A stretch of 64,000 nt of DNA from a virus. The notes beneath the pieces are model-generated. The model saw only the letters and a list, made by a program, of their open reading frames with translations. It was not told where the DNA came from and did not search any database. The stretch is from positions 2,334-66,333 of the IMG/VR virus record IMGVR_UViG_3300045950_000297; one strand, given 5' to 3'. The translations under genes and the position numbers were made by a program. Shown piece after piece: positions 36,865-45,907 of the stretch. Numbering within the stretch: the first letter of the stretch is position 1; every line of letters begins with the position of its first letter.

Positions 36865-39800
36865 ATGCTTCCAACTCCAGGTTGGCAACGTGCTGTGTTT
36901 GGCCGGACGGCCAATCGGCAATGGGGAACCTCTTTGAGTGGGTTCTCGATGCAGGTGAGCGGTTTTACCGGCGAGTTCGAGCGTTTTGTGGACCCGCCGT
37001 GGTTTGCCATTCAAAGAATCGTCGGTTTGTATGGCCTGATCGGTGAAAGCGCACGCCGTGCCCAATTGGGCAAGTCGTCGTTGGAATGGTCGGCCCGGGC
37101 ATTGCCGCAGACGGCCTTCGGGCAGCTTGCACCCGAGGATATCCTGTACGGCACGCCGGTTGCGCAAGATGTGCTCAGACGAGCTAACCCACTGCAATGG
37201 GCGGATGCCTTCCAAATCAAGCCCAACCTGGCGCAGGACATTCAGGAGTTCTCGGCGATGTATGCGTCGGGACGGCGGTATCTGTCCCCGCGTGAGGCCA
37301 GGGCTGCGTCGCGGGTGGTCAGTGAGGCGTTCACCCACATGCGGGCGGGGCAGGCAGCATACCAGGCGATCATCGGCCGGCAAAAGTTTGTGGCCAATGT
37401 GTTGGCCGGGATGTACCGGACAGACTCAAGTGGGGCCTTTCTCCGTGGCGACACAGATGTTCTGCCGGACGACTTCATCGAATATACCCTTGACGACTTC
37501 GGCCTGAAGTATGGGACCACCTACGGGGAGTTTCGCCAGCGGTATGACCAGCCGACGACGACCGGCCTGCACCAGATTGCCAGCACGGCAGCGACGAGCT
37601 ACGAGGCCCAGGCCGCCGAGCTGGCCCCGGGCGGGGCTGTGTTCAGGCAGGTGGATAGCATCCAGAAAGCGGTCCGCCTGGCCGCCCGGGCTGAACGCGA
37701 GACGCAGCGTTACCAGATGGCGGGGGAGGCAGAGTACATGCACGCTGTCCAGCCTGGGGTTGCGTCATTGCGAGGCGGCCTTGGTGGCGCGCTACGCGAG
37801 GCTGAGGCGTCCATTCGTTCCTTCGCGGACACGCTGGACAAGAGGGGCAAGGTCTCGGTGGAGCAATACTCGTCGATGCTTCAAGAGAGCTTGCAGAGTC
37901 TCGACTCGAAGATGAAGATGATCGACATCCACGGCAGCGCGTTGAGCAAGGATGCTGTGCGTCTCAAGTATGAGGTCGAGCAAGGTGTCAGCGCTACCGA
38001 GATCGACCCGCGGACCGGGAAGCCGCGTCAGCTTGGCTTTCACGAGCATATAGCAAGGAGTCGAGAGTTACAGGCTGTCCAACTGGAGCAGGGCCAGTTG
38101 GACGCTGCGATGTTGAGGTTGCGCGAGAGGTATGTTGCGGCTGACGCTGAGCACGACCGATTGCGGCCGGAGTTGCAGCGCAGGCGGGAGAACTTCCGCC
38201 GTTCGCAGACAATTCAGCATGCCCTGTGGGCACCCTGGCAGGTCGAGATGATGCGTGCATTCGGCGAGCTTCCGGCGCAGGAGGCGTTCCTGTACGCGGC
38301 GGAGGTTGACAAGCTGCAATCGGATGCGGCCTATCTCTCTGGGGGGACGTCGGTGGGGGTGTCGGCGGAAGCCGGCCGGCGGAGTGCGGATGCGGCCTTT
38401 GCGCAATACTATCGCGGGCGCGGGGCGGAGAGCGGTTTTCTGGGGATATCGGCATTCATCAACCGGATGATGGCCGATAACCCTGCCCTGGCCAGGACAT
38501 TGGGGTCTGTCCAGCCCTGGTTGACCGGGGCGGGCTACCTGCTGATGGGGGAGTTGTACACCTCGCAGATGACCGGCGGACGGATGGGCCTGTTCTTGGG
38601 AGATGACGGGAAGCTGTTCGGGAGGCATTCGGTCGTCGGCAATATTCCCAGGTTCGGGCGCGATGTTGGGGCTGCTTTTTCTCTGATGGGCCAGCATCCC
38701 CAGGCATTGGGGACTATCGCCGGCATGGGGGCGGCCGGAGCAACGGCGGCCGGCCTGGCTGGGGCCGGCATCGTGGCTGGCACGGCTGCCGTGATTGGTG
38801 CTGGATGGGAGGCAGCCCGGAGTCTCGGCGCGCTGCCGGGGAGGCAGGACTTCCTGACCGAACTCGGGTCTGGGGCGAGAAACATCTGGGGGGAGATCGT
38901 CAAGAGTCATGACGAACTCTTCCTGGTTAGTAATCTGCTCAGTGGTATGGGATTCCCCGAAGCGTGGAAGCAAGCGCAGCAGGATGCAGCGATCGCCGGT
39001 GCGTGGGCAGCCGGATATATGCCGTCGGACTCAGATGATGATGTGACCAAGGCCAGGCGGGCATTGGTCGGGGCTGGCTATGCCAAGGGGGACCGGATCG
39101 ATCCGCAGGCGATTGCCGCATCGCGCGCTCAGGCGGCAGCGATTGGCTTGACTGATCTCGATCAATGGGCCAGGGTGTATGCTGGCCTGGGGCAGTTCGA
39201 GGGCGCATTGGGGATGGAGGCCGGTGATATCTTCTCCCAGATGGCCCAGAACGCGCGGAGTACAGGGTTTATGGGGGCCCAGGCTACTCAGTATGTCGAG
39301 ATCATGGGACGGCTGATGCAGACGTTGCCCGAGTCACAGCGGCCCTACGCCATGGCTGGTCAGGAGCTGGCCGGGATGCAGGCCCAGACTTTGATGCAGC
39401 TGGGCAAACGAGATGTGATCGGCATGATGCCATCCCTATTGCGACAGGGTGTCGCCCAGGCCCAGATGGGCATGACCGTCGTCGACAAGCAAATCGAGCT
39501 GGCCAATCGGACAACGCAGAGGCAGATACTGGGCATGGGGCTTGAATTCTCGATGAGAATCCCAGAGATGCTCCAGTGGGGGATGGAGTATGGTCAGGAT
39601 CCTATGCTGGGAGCTCAGCTGGCTGCCCGGGCTTCGGCTGCATATGGAGGAGCGACCCCGCGTTTTGGCGCCGACTACTTCATTGACATGGCCAGGCCAG
39701 GGGCAATGCGGGCTTGGGACATGCAGCGCTACAGCGATGTGTCTGCAGCGTTAGCTCCATACGCCACACAGTTCCGGTGGGATGGAGACACACTGGAAGC

Positions 39801-41115
39801 GATTACCAGGCGGATGGGGGATCTGGATGCTTACGGCCGGCAGCAGTTCATGCGCAGCTTCGGGTTGACCTCGGGCTTCGATTGGTCGAATGCCATTCGA
39901 GGGCAGCTAAGTGTTCGCGGCCCTGGGCAGCTGGGCATAGAAGAATATGACACGCTGGCTAGTATGATCACCCACGATACCCTTGGCCGGCCGATCTACT
40001 TCCAGCCACAGCGGGAGATGAATCGCCTGGGTGTCAGGCAGGACCGTGGGCGGCAGGAGTTGTACTTCGCCCAGGCTGGGACCCAGCTCTATCACCAGGA
40101 ACAGCTGATGATGGCCAGTCGGGCGTTGGAAGACTTCCAGTATGGTGCTCTCCCGGATGGACAATCCAGGGCGCAACGCGATGCCCGTTTCTACGCCGAC
40201 TTGAACCTGGACCGGATGCGTCTCAACATCCGCCAGGCTGAGTTCAACCTGGGTGTGGGGGCTGGATATCAAGATCGGCAGCGCGCCCTGCAGCGTCAGA
40301 TGATGGAGATGCAGTACCAGTGGCGGAGTGACGACATCGGCGTGGCTGGATATCGAGCGAATGTCCAGTATCAGTGGCAGCGCGAGGACTTTGCCGTGAA
40401 TCGCAACGTCCTCAACCTGCAGTCGAGATGGGAGATGGAAGATCTCGATGAGGCCATCCGGTTCTCGTCGGGAAGGGATCGCATTCGGCTGATGCGACAA
40501 CGAGATCGCACGGTGACGATGCAGAATGTGCAGCGATCACAGCTCGATCGCCAGGAGGCACGTGGCGCCACTGCCTTCGAGTGGGGCGAGGAAGATCGTG
40601 CCAAGGCACTTGATCGTCTCAACAAGGAGATGGCCATCAAGCGTGAGATGGTCAGCCTGGATGAGGAGTCGATCAAGAAGCAACGCGAGTTTGCTCGCGA
40701 GCAGATAGAGCTGATGCGGCGCGAGGAAGGCTTCCTTACCACCAAACGAGGTGAGATGGAGGACCAGTTCAAACTTGAGGACGACTACCGCAAGGATCGT
40801 CGCGAGTCGGAGGATGCCTCCCTGCAGGCCCAGAAGGACCGTCTTGCCCAGGAGAAGAAGTTCTACGAGGAGATGAAGCCGCTCCAGGACGCCTACATCC
40901 TCGCCATGGAGACCTACGAGGACAACATGCAAGCCCACTGGCTGGCGGCGAACGGCTACATGGCCGAGTTCAAGAAGTTCCTCGAAGAGGAGCTGGCCGA
41001 GGGGAAAGGGCTGTACGAGATCTGGCGAAAGTTCTGGCAGATACCCGAGAATGTCACCTACCCGAGTGCTGGGTCCATGAGATGGCTGGATAGAGCAACG
41101 CGGGGGATTGACTGA
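36865..41115 (+). CDS. Tape measure protein
   Basis: ~1416 aa, Ala/Gly/Gln-rich, hydrophobic Gly-Ala segment, long C-terminal coiled coil; AGGAG SD. Confidence 0.72.
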   Translation: MLPTPGWQRAVFGRTANRQWGTSLSGFSMQVSGFTGEFERFVDPPWFAIQRIVGLYGLIGESARRAQLGKSSLEWSARALPQTAFGQLAPEDILYGTPVAQDVLRRANPLQWADAFQIKPNLAQDIQEFSAMYASGRRYLSPREARAASRVVSEAFTHMRAGQAAYQAIIGRQKFVANVLAGMYRTDSSGAFLRGDTDVLPDDFIEYTLDDFGLKYGTTYGEFRQRYDQPTTTGLHQIASTAATSYEAQAAELAPGGAVFRQVDSIQKAVRLAARAERETQRYQMAGEAEYMHAVQPGVASLRGGLGGALREAEASIRSFADTLDKRGKVSVEQYSSMLQESLQSLDSKMKMIDIHGSALSKDAVRLKYEVEQGVSATEIDPRTGKPRQLGFHEHIARSRELQAVQLEQGQLDAAMLRLRERYVAADAEHDRLRPELQRRRENFRRSQTIQHALWAPWQVEMMRAFGELPAQEAFLYAAEVDKLQSDAAYLSGGTSVGVSAEAGRRSADAAFAQYYRGRGAESGFLGISAFINRMMADNPALARTLGSVQPWLTGAGYLLMGELYTSQMTGGRMGLFLGDDGKLFGRHSVVGNIPRFGRDVGAAFSLMGQHPQALGTIAGMGAAGATAAGLAGAGIVAGTAAVIGAGWEAARSLGALPGRQDFLTELGSGARNIWGEIVKSHDELFLVSNLLSGMGFPEAWKQAQQDAAIAGAWAAGYMPSDSDDDVTKARRALVGAGYAKGDRIDPQAIAASRAQAAAIGLTDLDQWARVYAGLGQFEGALGMEAGDIFSQMAQNARSTGFMGAQATQYVEIMGRLMQTLPESQRPYAMAGQELAGMQAQTLMQLGKRDVIGMMPSLLRQGVAQAQMGMTVVDKQIELANRTTQRQILGMGLEFSMRIPEMLQWGMEYGQDPMLGAQLAARASAAYGGATPRFGADYFIDMARPGAMRAWDMQRYSDVSAALAPYATQFRWDGDTLEAITRRMGDLDAYGRQQFMRSFGLTSGFDWSNAIRGQLSVRGPGQLGIEEYDTLASMITHDTLGRPIYFQPQREMNRLGVRQDRGRQELYFAQAGTQLYHQEQLMMASRALEDFQYGALPDGQSRAQRDARFYADLNLDRMRLNIRQAEFNLGVGAGYQDRQRALQRQMMEMQYQWRSDDIGVAGYRANVQYQWQREDFAVNRNVLNLQSRWEMEDLDEAIRFSSGRDRIRLMRQRDRTVTMQNVQRSQLDRQEARGATAFEWGEEDRAKALDRLNKEMAIKREMVSLDEESIKKQREFAREQIELMRREEGFLTTKRGEMEDQFKLEDDYRKDRRESEDASLQAQKDRLAQEKKFYEEMKPLQDAYILAMETYEDNMQAHWLAANGYMAEFKKFLEEELAEGKGLYEIWRKFWQIPENVTYPSAGSMRWLDRATRGID

Positions 41116-41275
41116 CCCCCGGGAAAAAAGGAGGCCCCCCAGTCAAGGCACCTCTCCGTCTTGGTAGGGGGTGGTCATCTTGGCAGAAAGCCTTCCACGA
41201 ATGAGATAACACCTGTCAAGAGGGAGGTTGTTTTTACCAGGAAGCAATCTCTGAACGAGACGATGCCTATCAGTG

Positions 41276-41319
41276 ACGGCTAGTCTTTTTCCTTTTTCAG
41301 AAGGAAAAAGACTAGCCGT
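41276..41319. repeat. Perfect 19-bp inverted repeat with 6-nt loop
   Basis: ACGGCTAGTCTTTTTCCTT-tttcag-AAGGAAAAAGACTAGCCGT. Confidence 0.9.
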
Positions 41320-41390
41320 GTGGGTTCTCAAACGTCACGGTCTAAGGTGACCACAAGATAAATGCCCCCGCCCTCGCCTGCGGAACGCTG

Positions 41391-41682
41391 AAAAAAAACA
41401 GCCCACGCTTCGCCGTCTGGTCTATGGCCCCCCCGAGTGGGGGCTTACTCTGCTGCGCCTTGCGGGCGGGTGGCGGCTGAGGGGTACACCCTGGATTGCA
41501 GCATTTCAGCTCAGCGCGGGTTCTTTCAGGACTGTGAGGCCCTGGAATCGCGTGACATCAGCGGCCGGGTATTCACTTGCGTTAGCCCTCCGACCGTTTC
41601 GAGATGGTTGCCCATCCTTGCGTGCCGGCCGTTTAACGTGGTTCTTCCGGGCACCCACGGCACTACGTATTCAGTTGTGACA
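41391..41682 (-). ncRNA. Candidate ~290-nt structured non-coding RNA
   Basis: Downstream of a consensus promoter, ends at a U8 tract, several GNRA-like motifs, no credible ORF. Confidence 0.4.
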
Positions 41683-41687
41683 ACAAC

Positions 41688-41716
41688 AGTATAACACCAA
41701 ATGGTTGAAATGTCAA
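41688..41716 (-). promoter_or_regulatory. Sigma70 promoter into non-coding island
   Basis: TTGACA-17-TATACT with TGn. Confidence 0.8.
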
Positions 41717-41792
41717 CCCCTCAAAAAGAGGAAGCGCGCTTCATTGCGCGCAAGGAGGAGGTCGTCTCCGTAGGATATGGAGAGCTGCGATT

Positions 41793-41821
41793 ATTGTACA
41801 CTCCGTCGGTTGATTTGTCAA
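41793..41821 (-). promoter_or_regulatory. Second leftward sigma70 promoter
   Basis: TTGACA-17-TACAAT. Confidence 0.75.
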
Positions 41822-41829
41822 CCTTCTGG

Positions 41830-41858
41830 TTGACCTATACACCAGAGTGTGCTATAAT
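41830..41858 (+). promoter_or_regulatory. Sigma70 promoter for tail-tip genes (leaderless start)
   Basis: TTGACC-17-TATAAT with TGn; ATG at 41865 only 6 nt downstream. Confidence 0.8.
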
Positions 41859-41864
41859 CCGACT

Positions 41865-42263
41865 ATGGCCAATGCGTACATCAGCTTCACTCATGGCGGT
41901 CTTACCAAGCGCTATGTGGTTCAGCAGACGCTGTATGAACCGCATGAGGATCGGTCACGGCGTGTGTTCGTGACGGTTGGCAAGAAGACCCGGGTGCAGG
42001 ACTTCGGGTTCATCGACAAGGTGTGGATATTCAATCTGTTGGTGCCGTACAGCGATCAGGTGGTGGGTGGAGCAACTTATGGCGGGTTGGGTTGGCTGAA
42101 AGACACATTGTATGCACAACCCACGGTAGCCTTCACCGACCACTATGATATTGCGCACACAGTGGTGTTCGAGGGCGAGATGGTGTCCAAACCCCTGGGC
42201 GGTGCCATTGACGGGTCGGCCAAGTTCGTAGTGCAGGTCCGCTTGAGGAAGCATCAGCCATGA
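41865..42263 (+). CDS. Distal tail (Dit)-like protein
   Basis: 132 aa, beta-rich, after TMP. Confidence 0.6.
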   Translation: MANAYISFTHGGLTKRYVVQQTLYEPHEDRSRRVFVTVGKKTRVQDFGFIDKVWIFNLLVPYSDQVVGGATYGGLGWLKDTLYAQPTVAFTDHYDIAHTVVFEGEMVSKPLGGAIDGSAKFVVQVRLRKHQP

Positions 42264-45200
42264 GAACCGATGTTGCTGCTGCCAATACTTTGTTGCAGCA
42301 GGCGGTCTCCAACCCCGTCAGTCGTGTGTATTCTGAACAGCACATGCCAGTGTGGACACATGTCCGCAGTGAGGGTAGCAGCAACGCCCTTGGGCACGAC
42401 GCCAAGATCATCACCTACGATAACACTCAGCATCTTTTCCGTGTTCGTGTCGAGGGCAATGCTGTCAAGTACATCCATCGGAGCGGGACGGAATTGGGGA
42501 CCCTCTCCAACTGGGACTGCACCAGCACCATGCCCAACCCGAACACCCCGATGGCGGCATCGGTCACGAAGGCCACAGATCACTGTGCTCAGATTGCCAT
42601 TGCCGCCAGCGATGGACAGCCGGACATCTGGGTGCTGTGGTTCACCAAGCAGTTCTACCTGATGGCCCAGAAGTACAACCTGGTCTCCAGGGCGTGGAGC
42701 AATCTGCACATGGTGGCGATGTCCGGCCTGGCGTTTCAATGGGGTGTCACCGCGCTCCAGGTGGCGGCGCCGACTCACGATCGGGCCTATGCCACAGAGA
42801 TGGTCACGACCAGCAGCATCATGGGCTATGCCACGTATGGCACACAGATTCGCAGCCTGTGGTGCAACAATGACATCTGGCGCGTCTCGGATGCGGGATG
42901 GCCACTGCGCTACCGCTGGTACTTCAACAAGATGTACCCGACGGTTGGCGGGACCATATGGACCACTACCGGCACGCCCATTTGGGGATTGCCCGTCTAT
43001 GGGGGGTTGGGCGCAGTCCCCATGGCCGGCGACGATTTGGTGCTGACATCCGGCTTCAATCTCGACTCGCTGGGATACAACGGCAGCGAGTCGGGGGTGT
43101 GGGTATTCAAGCGCGAGCTGTCCTCTGGCCATTGGTGGCGCCAGGGAGCACCTGTTCGCGGCGACTACTCCTATGCCAATGAGGGCTATCGGTTTCTCTA
43201 TTCGATGGCCAGGGCGTCGGTGGTCAAGGGGCAGGTATGGGCGACGTGGCTGCATGAAGAAGAGTCCACCGACCTTGATCAGACAACCAGCGCGGAGCTG
43301 GTTCCGCGAACGGTGGAGGTGGTCTACAGCCGTTCCTTGAACGGGCGTGACTGGACCGAACCCCAGATGATCACGGCGAACGGTCGTGGGCGCGGCACCG
43401 GCCCGATTGTTCTCGTCGAGAACACTGGCGTCAACTACCTCTACATGGTGGGCTACAAGGATCTCTTCCGGTCGGTGGCGACACATATCGTCGAGGACCT
43501 GGACAAGAACCGCACCGATATCTCACATCTGGTGCGTGGGTGGAATGTGACGCAAACCGGTCGCGGGCCAGATGCGGCGATCGAGCTGGATGTAGACGGC
43601 AACCTGACCCCTCAGGAGCGGGCGCATTTTGACGAGAACCGGCGCATCACGATCGAGGTTGGCGATGCGGGCGCCCCCCTGGTAACGCTCGCCAGCGGCA
43701 TTGTTGATACCGCCTCGCCAGCTTTCTCGGTCAACCCGCCCGAGTCGTCAATGCAGGTGGTTGCTCTGGTAGCGGGTATGTTGCAAGACACTCGCTATCG
43801 CACCAACTCACACATTGCCCGGCAGACGACCAGTTACATCGCCCCGAGCAACATTGATCAGTGGGTGATCGACTCGGGCGCATGGACGATCTGCGAGAAT
43901 CCGACTTGGGCCAGGTGGGCCAACCTCTCCGGCAACTTCGTGCGCATCGATTCCCATGACGTGCAAACCAACCTGTGGCACCAGATGTGCTTCTTTGTCC
44001 ATCCGCCGTGTGTGGATGGCGCCATCGAGTTGTCGGTGCGGATGGGGACCGAGGGGCAGTTCAAGCACAAGCAGGGGAATGCCCCGGACGGAGTTGAGGT
44101 TACCAAGGACGCCTGGGGGCCGCTCAATGGGGTGTTCCGCTACAAGTCGTTGCGGGCACCTGCAACCGGATATGACCCGGCCGTACACGACCTGGCCATT
44201 CAATATGTGAATGGCTATCCCTGGCGATATGGGTTGTACCAGAACAGCTTCCCTGATGACAAGTTTCGCACCGATGACGGCTGGGGCCTCACCAACTACT
44301 CAGCCATTGGGGTCACAGTCAGGACGGCCAACAACAAGAACGGCTATGTTTTTGCTTGGGAAGCTGGGATGCCGGAGTGGAATCAGGACAGTTCGATGAA
44401 CTGGCCGAATGACCATGACAAGATAGACGTTCCTGGCTATGACTATGCCAAGAAGCCGGGGACGTTGATTCCGACTGGTATATCCAGCCGCCTGGTGTTG
44501 TACGAGTTCTTTCAGAACCCGGTGACGGATTCCGTCTCCCGGCGTGTTGTTGCGCACTACTCGAAGCCGGTTGATCTGGTGCTGGGCTACCCGCTGCGTA
44601 TGAAGGTGTTGTGTCACGGGCGCAGCATCTACTGCTACTATCGCAAGTGGAACCAGTCCAAGAAGGATTTCGATGGCGACTGGGTCCTGGCTATGCACTA
44701 TACCCAGGGCGATGCGATGGGGGCCGGGTCGTTTGGTTTCTATGGGCGCGGCTTCCAAGGCGGAGTTGGCTATGGCACCGACCCGGCCCATACCGCCAAG
44801 GCGTGGGTGTGGGATGCGATGATGTACGACACCGCCAAGGTCTGGACTCTGGATGATGCCGTCAGGAATATCTGCTGGAAGGCGGGGGTTGAGATCGAGA
44901 CCAAGACGCGCGTCCCGGATGGGTGGACCACCAGGGATGGGATCACGCTCGCCGATACGTCCGGCACCAATCCAATCGTCGAGGCCAACCCGATCATCGA
45001 CGCCAATGCGACGGTATCGTCCAGTTTTGGTTTTGTGGTGCGGGCGTTGACGGATGCAAACAAGAATCCCATCAGCTTCGTCGGGGTGGGATTGTCGAAC
45101 ATGACCGGCGCCTGGCGGTTCTCTGTATGGGGAAGTGGGCTGTCCGGCAGGAGTATCAGCACACCCATTCCGTGGTCGTTCGCCCATGGGGCGGTGATTC

Positions 45201-45907
45201 CGCTGAGAGTGGCTGTCATCGATGAGTGGTACAGCCTGTGGATTGGCGATGCTCTGATCGCGTCTCTGTACTTCCCGTTCAGGACGTGGACCGGGACAGG
45301 TGGGTTGCAGGTAGGCCACTATGGCAGCACATTTGCGGACTTCACCCTGTCGGAGCTGTCCGAACCCCCCTGGGTAGTCACGATGGATGCCAATGCCTCG
45401 GTGCTGGAGACGTTGAATTCTCTGCTGGCGCAACGGCGCATCAAGCGGTTCATGCGCTATAACGGCAAGCTGAAGCTGGGCTACTTCCTCAAGCGCGACC
45501 AGGCGGCCACGATGTCGGATACGGTTCTTCGAGTCAGCCGCAACCAGGTGAACCGTTTCATCTCAGAGTGCCGGGTGGATGGTGCTCGCGGCTGGGCAAC
45601 CTATAAGTCACCCCGGCTAAGCCAGGGGCGGTACTTCCGGCGTATTGACATGCCCGACATCTTCGATCGCTGGGGGATGTATCGGGAGGCGCAACTGATC
45701 GTGCGCGACTCAGGTGAGATGCTGGAGCAGTGCAACTTCGTCGGGCTGCCCCACCTGGCCATTGAACCTGAGGATGAGGTGACCATTGTCGTGACCGACC
45801 AGGGCATCTCCGATGATTACATCGTGGATGACATCAGAACGTCCTTCTCCCTGGAGGGGAGGTCGTTCACTCAGCAGATTGGCACCCGCCAGAGGTACAT
45901 CGAGTAA
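42260..45907 (+). CDS. Tail tip/baseplate hub protein
   Basis: 1215 aa; C-terminal PHLAIEPEDEVTIV hub-type motif. Confidence 0.65.
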   Translation: MRTDVAAANTLLQQAVSNPVSRVYSEQHMPVWTHVRSEGSSNALGHDAKIITYDNTQHLFRVRVEGNAVKYIHRSGTELGTLSNWDCTSTMPNPNTPMAASVTKATDHCAQIAIAASDGQPDIWVLWFTKQFYLMAQKYNLVSRAWSNLHMVAMSGLAFQWGVTALQVAAPTHDRAYATEMVTTSSIMGYATYGTQIRSLWCNNDIWRVSDAGWPLRYRWYFNKMYPTVGGTIWTTTGTPIWGLPVYGGLGAVPMAGDDLVLTSGFNLDSLGYNGSESGVWVFKRELSSGHWWRQGAPVRGDYSYANEGYRFLYSMARASVVKGQVWATWLHEEESTDLDQTTSAELVPRTVEVVYSRSLNGRDWTEPQMITANGRGRGTGPIVLVENTGVNYLYMVGYKDLFRSVATHIVEDLDKNRTDISHLVRGWNVTQTGRGPDAAIELDVDGNLTPQERAHFDENRRITIEVGDAGAPLVTLASGIVDTASPAFSVNPPESSMQVVALVAGMLQDTRYRTNSHIARQTTSYIAPSNIDQWVIDSGAWTICENPTWARWANLSGNFVRIDSHDVQTNLWHQMCFFVHPPCVDGAIELSVRMGTEGQFKHKQGNAPDGVEVTKDAWGPLNGVFRYKSLRAPATGYDPAVHDLAIQYVNGYPWRYGLYQNSFPDDKFRTDDGWGLTNYSAIGVTVRTANNKNGYVFAWEAGMPEWNQDSSMNWPNDHDKIDVPGYDYAKKPGTLIPTGISSRLVLYEFFQNPVTDSVSRRVVAHYSKPVDLVLGYPLRMKVLCHGRSIYCYYRKWNQSKKDFDGDWVLAMHYTQGDAMGAGSFGFYGRGFQGGVGYGTDPAHTAKAWVWDAMMYDTAKVWTLDDAVRNICWKAGVEIETKTRVPDGWTTRDGITLADTSGTNPIVEANPIIDANATVSSSFGFVVRALTDANKNPISFVGVGLSNMTGAWRFSVWGSGLSGRSISTPIPWSFAHGAVIPLRVAVIDEWYSLWIGDALIASLYFPFRTWTGTGGLQVGHYGSTFADFTLSELSEPPWVVTMDANASVLETLNSLLAQRRIKRFMRYNGKLKLGYFLKRDQAATMSDTVLRVSRNQVNRFISECRVDGARGWATYKSPRLSQGRYFRRIDMPDIFDRWGMYREAQLIVRDSGEMLEQCNFVGLPHLAIEPEDEVTIVVTDQGISDDYIVDDIRTSFSLEGRSFTQQIGTRQRYIE

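Noticed and set aside
36850-36870. Stop read-through fusing the RNAP-like ORF to the TMP
   Set aside because: Frames differ, there is no slippery heptamer, and the TMP has its own AGGAG SD and ATG at 36865
41391-41682. tRNA, tmRNA or RNase P identity for the candidate RNA
   Set aside because: No T-loop/CCA cloverleaf or RNase P conserved motifs recognised; no tRNA or rRNA seen anywhere in the window
41143-41973. ORFs 41143-41331, 41437-41694 and 41701-41973 in the non-coding island
   Set aside because: No good SD, atypical composition, and they overlap promoters and the inverted repeat
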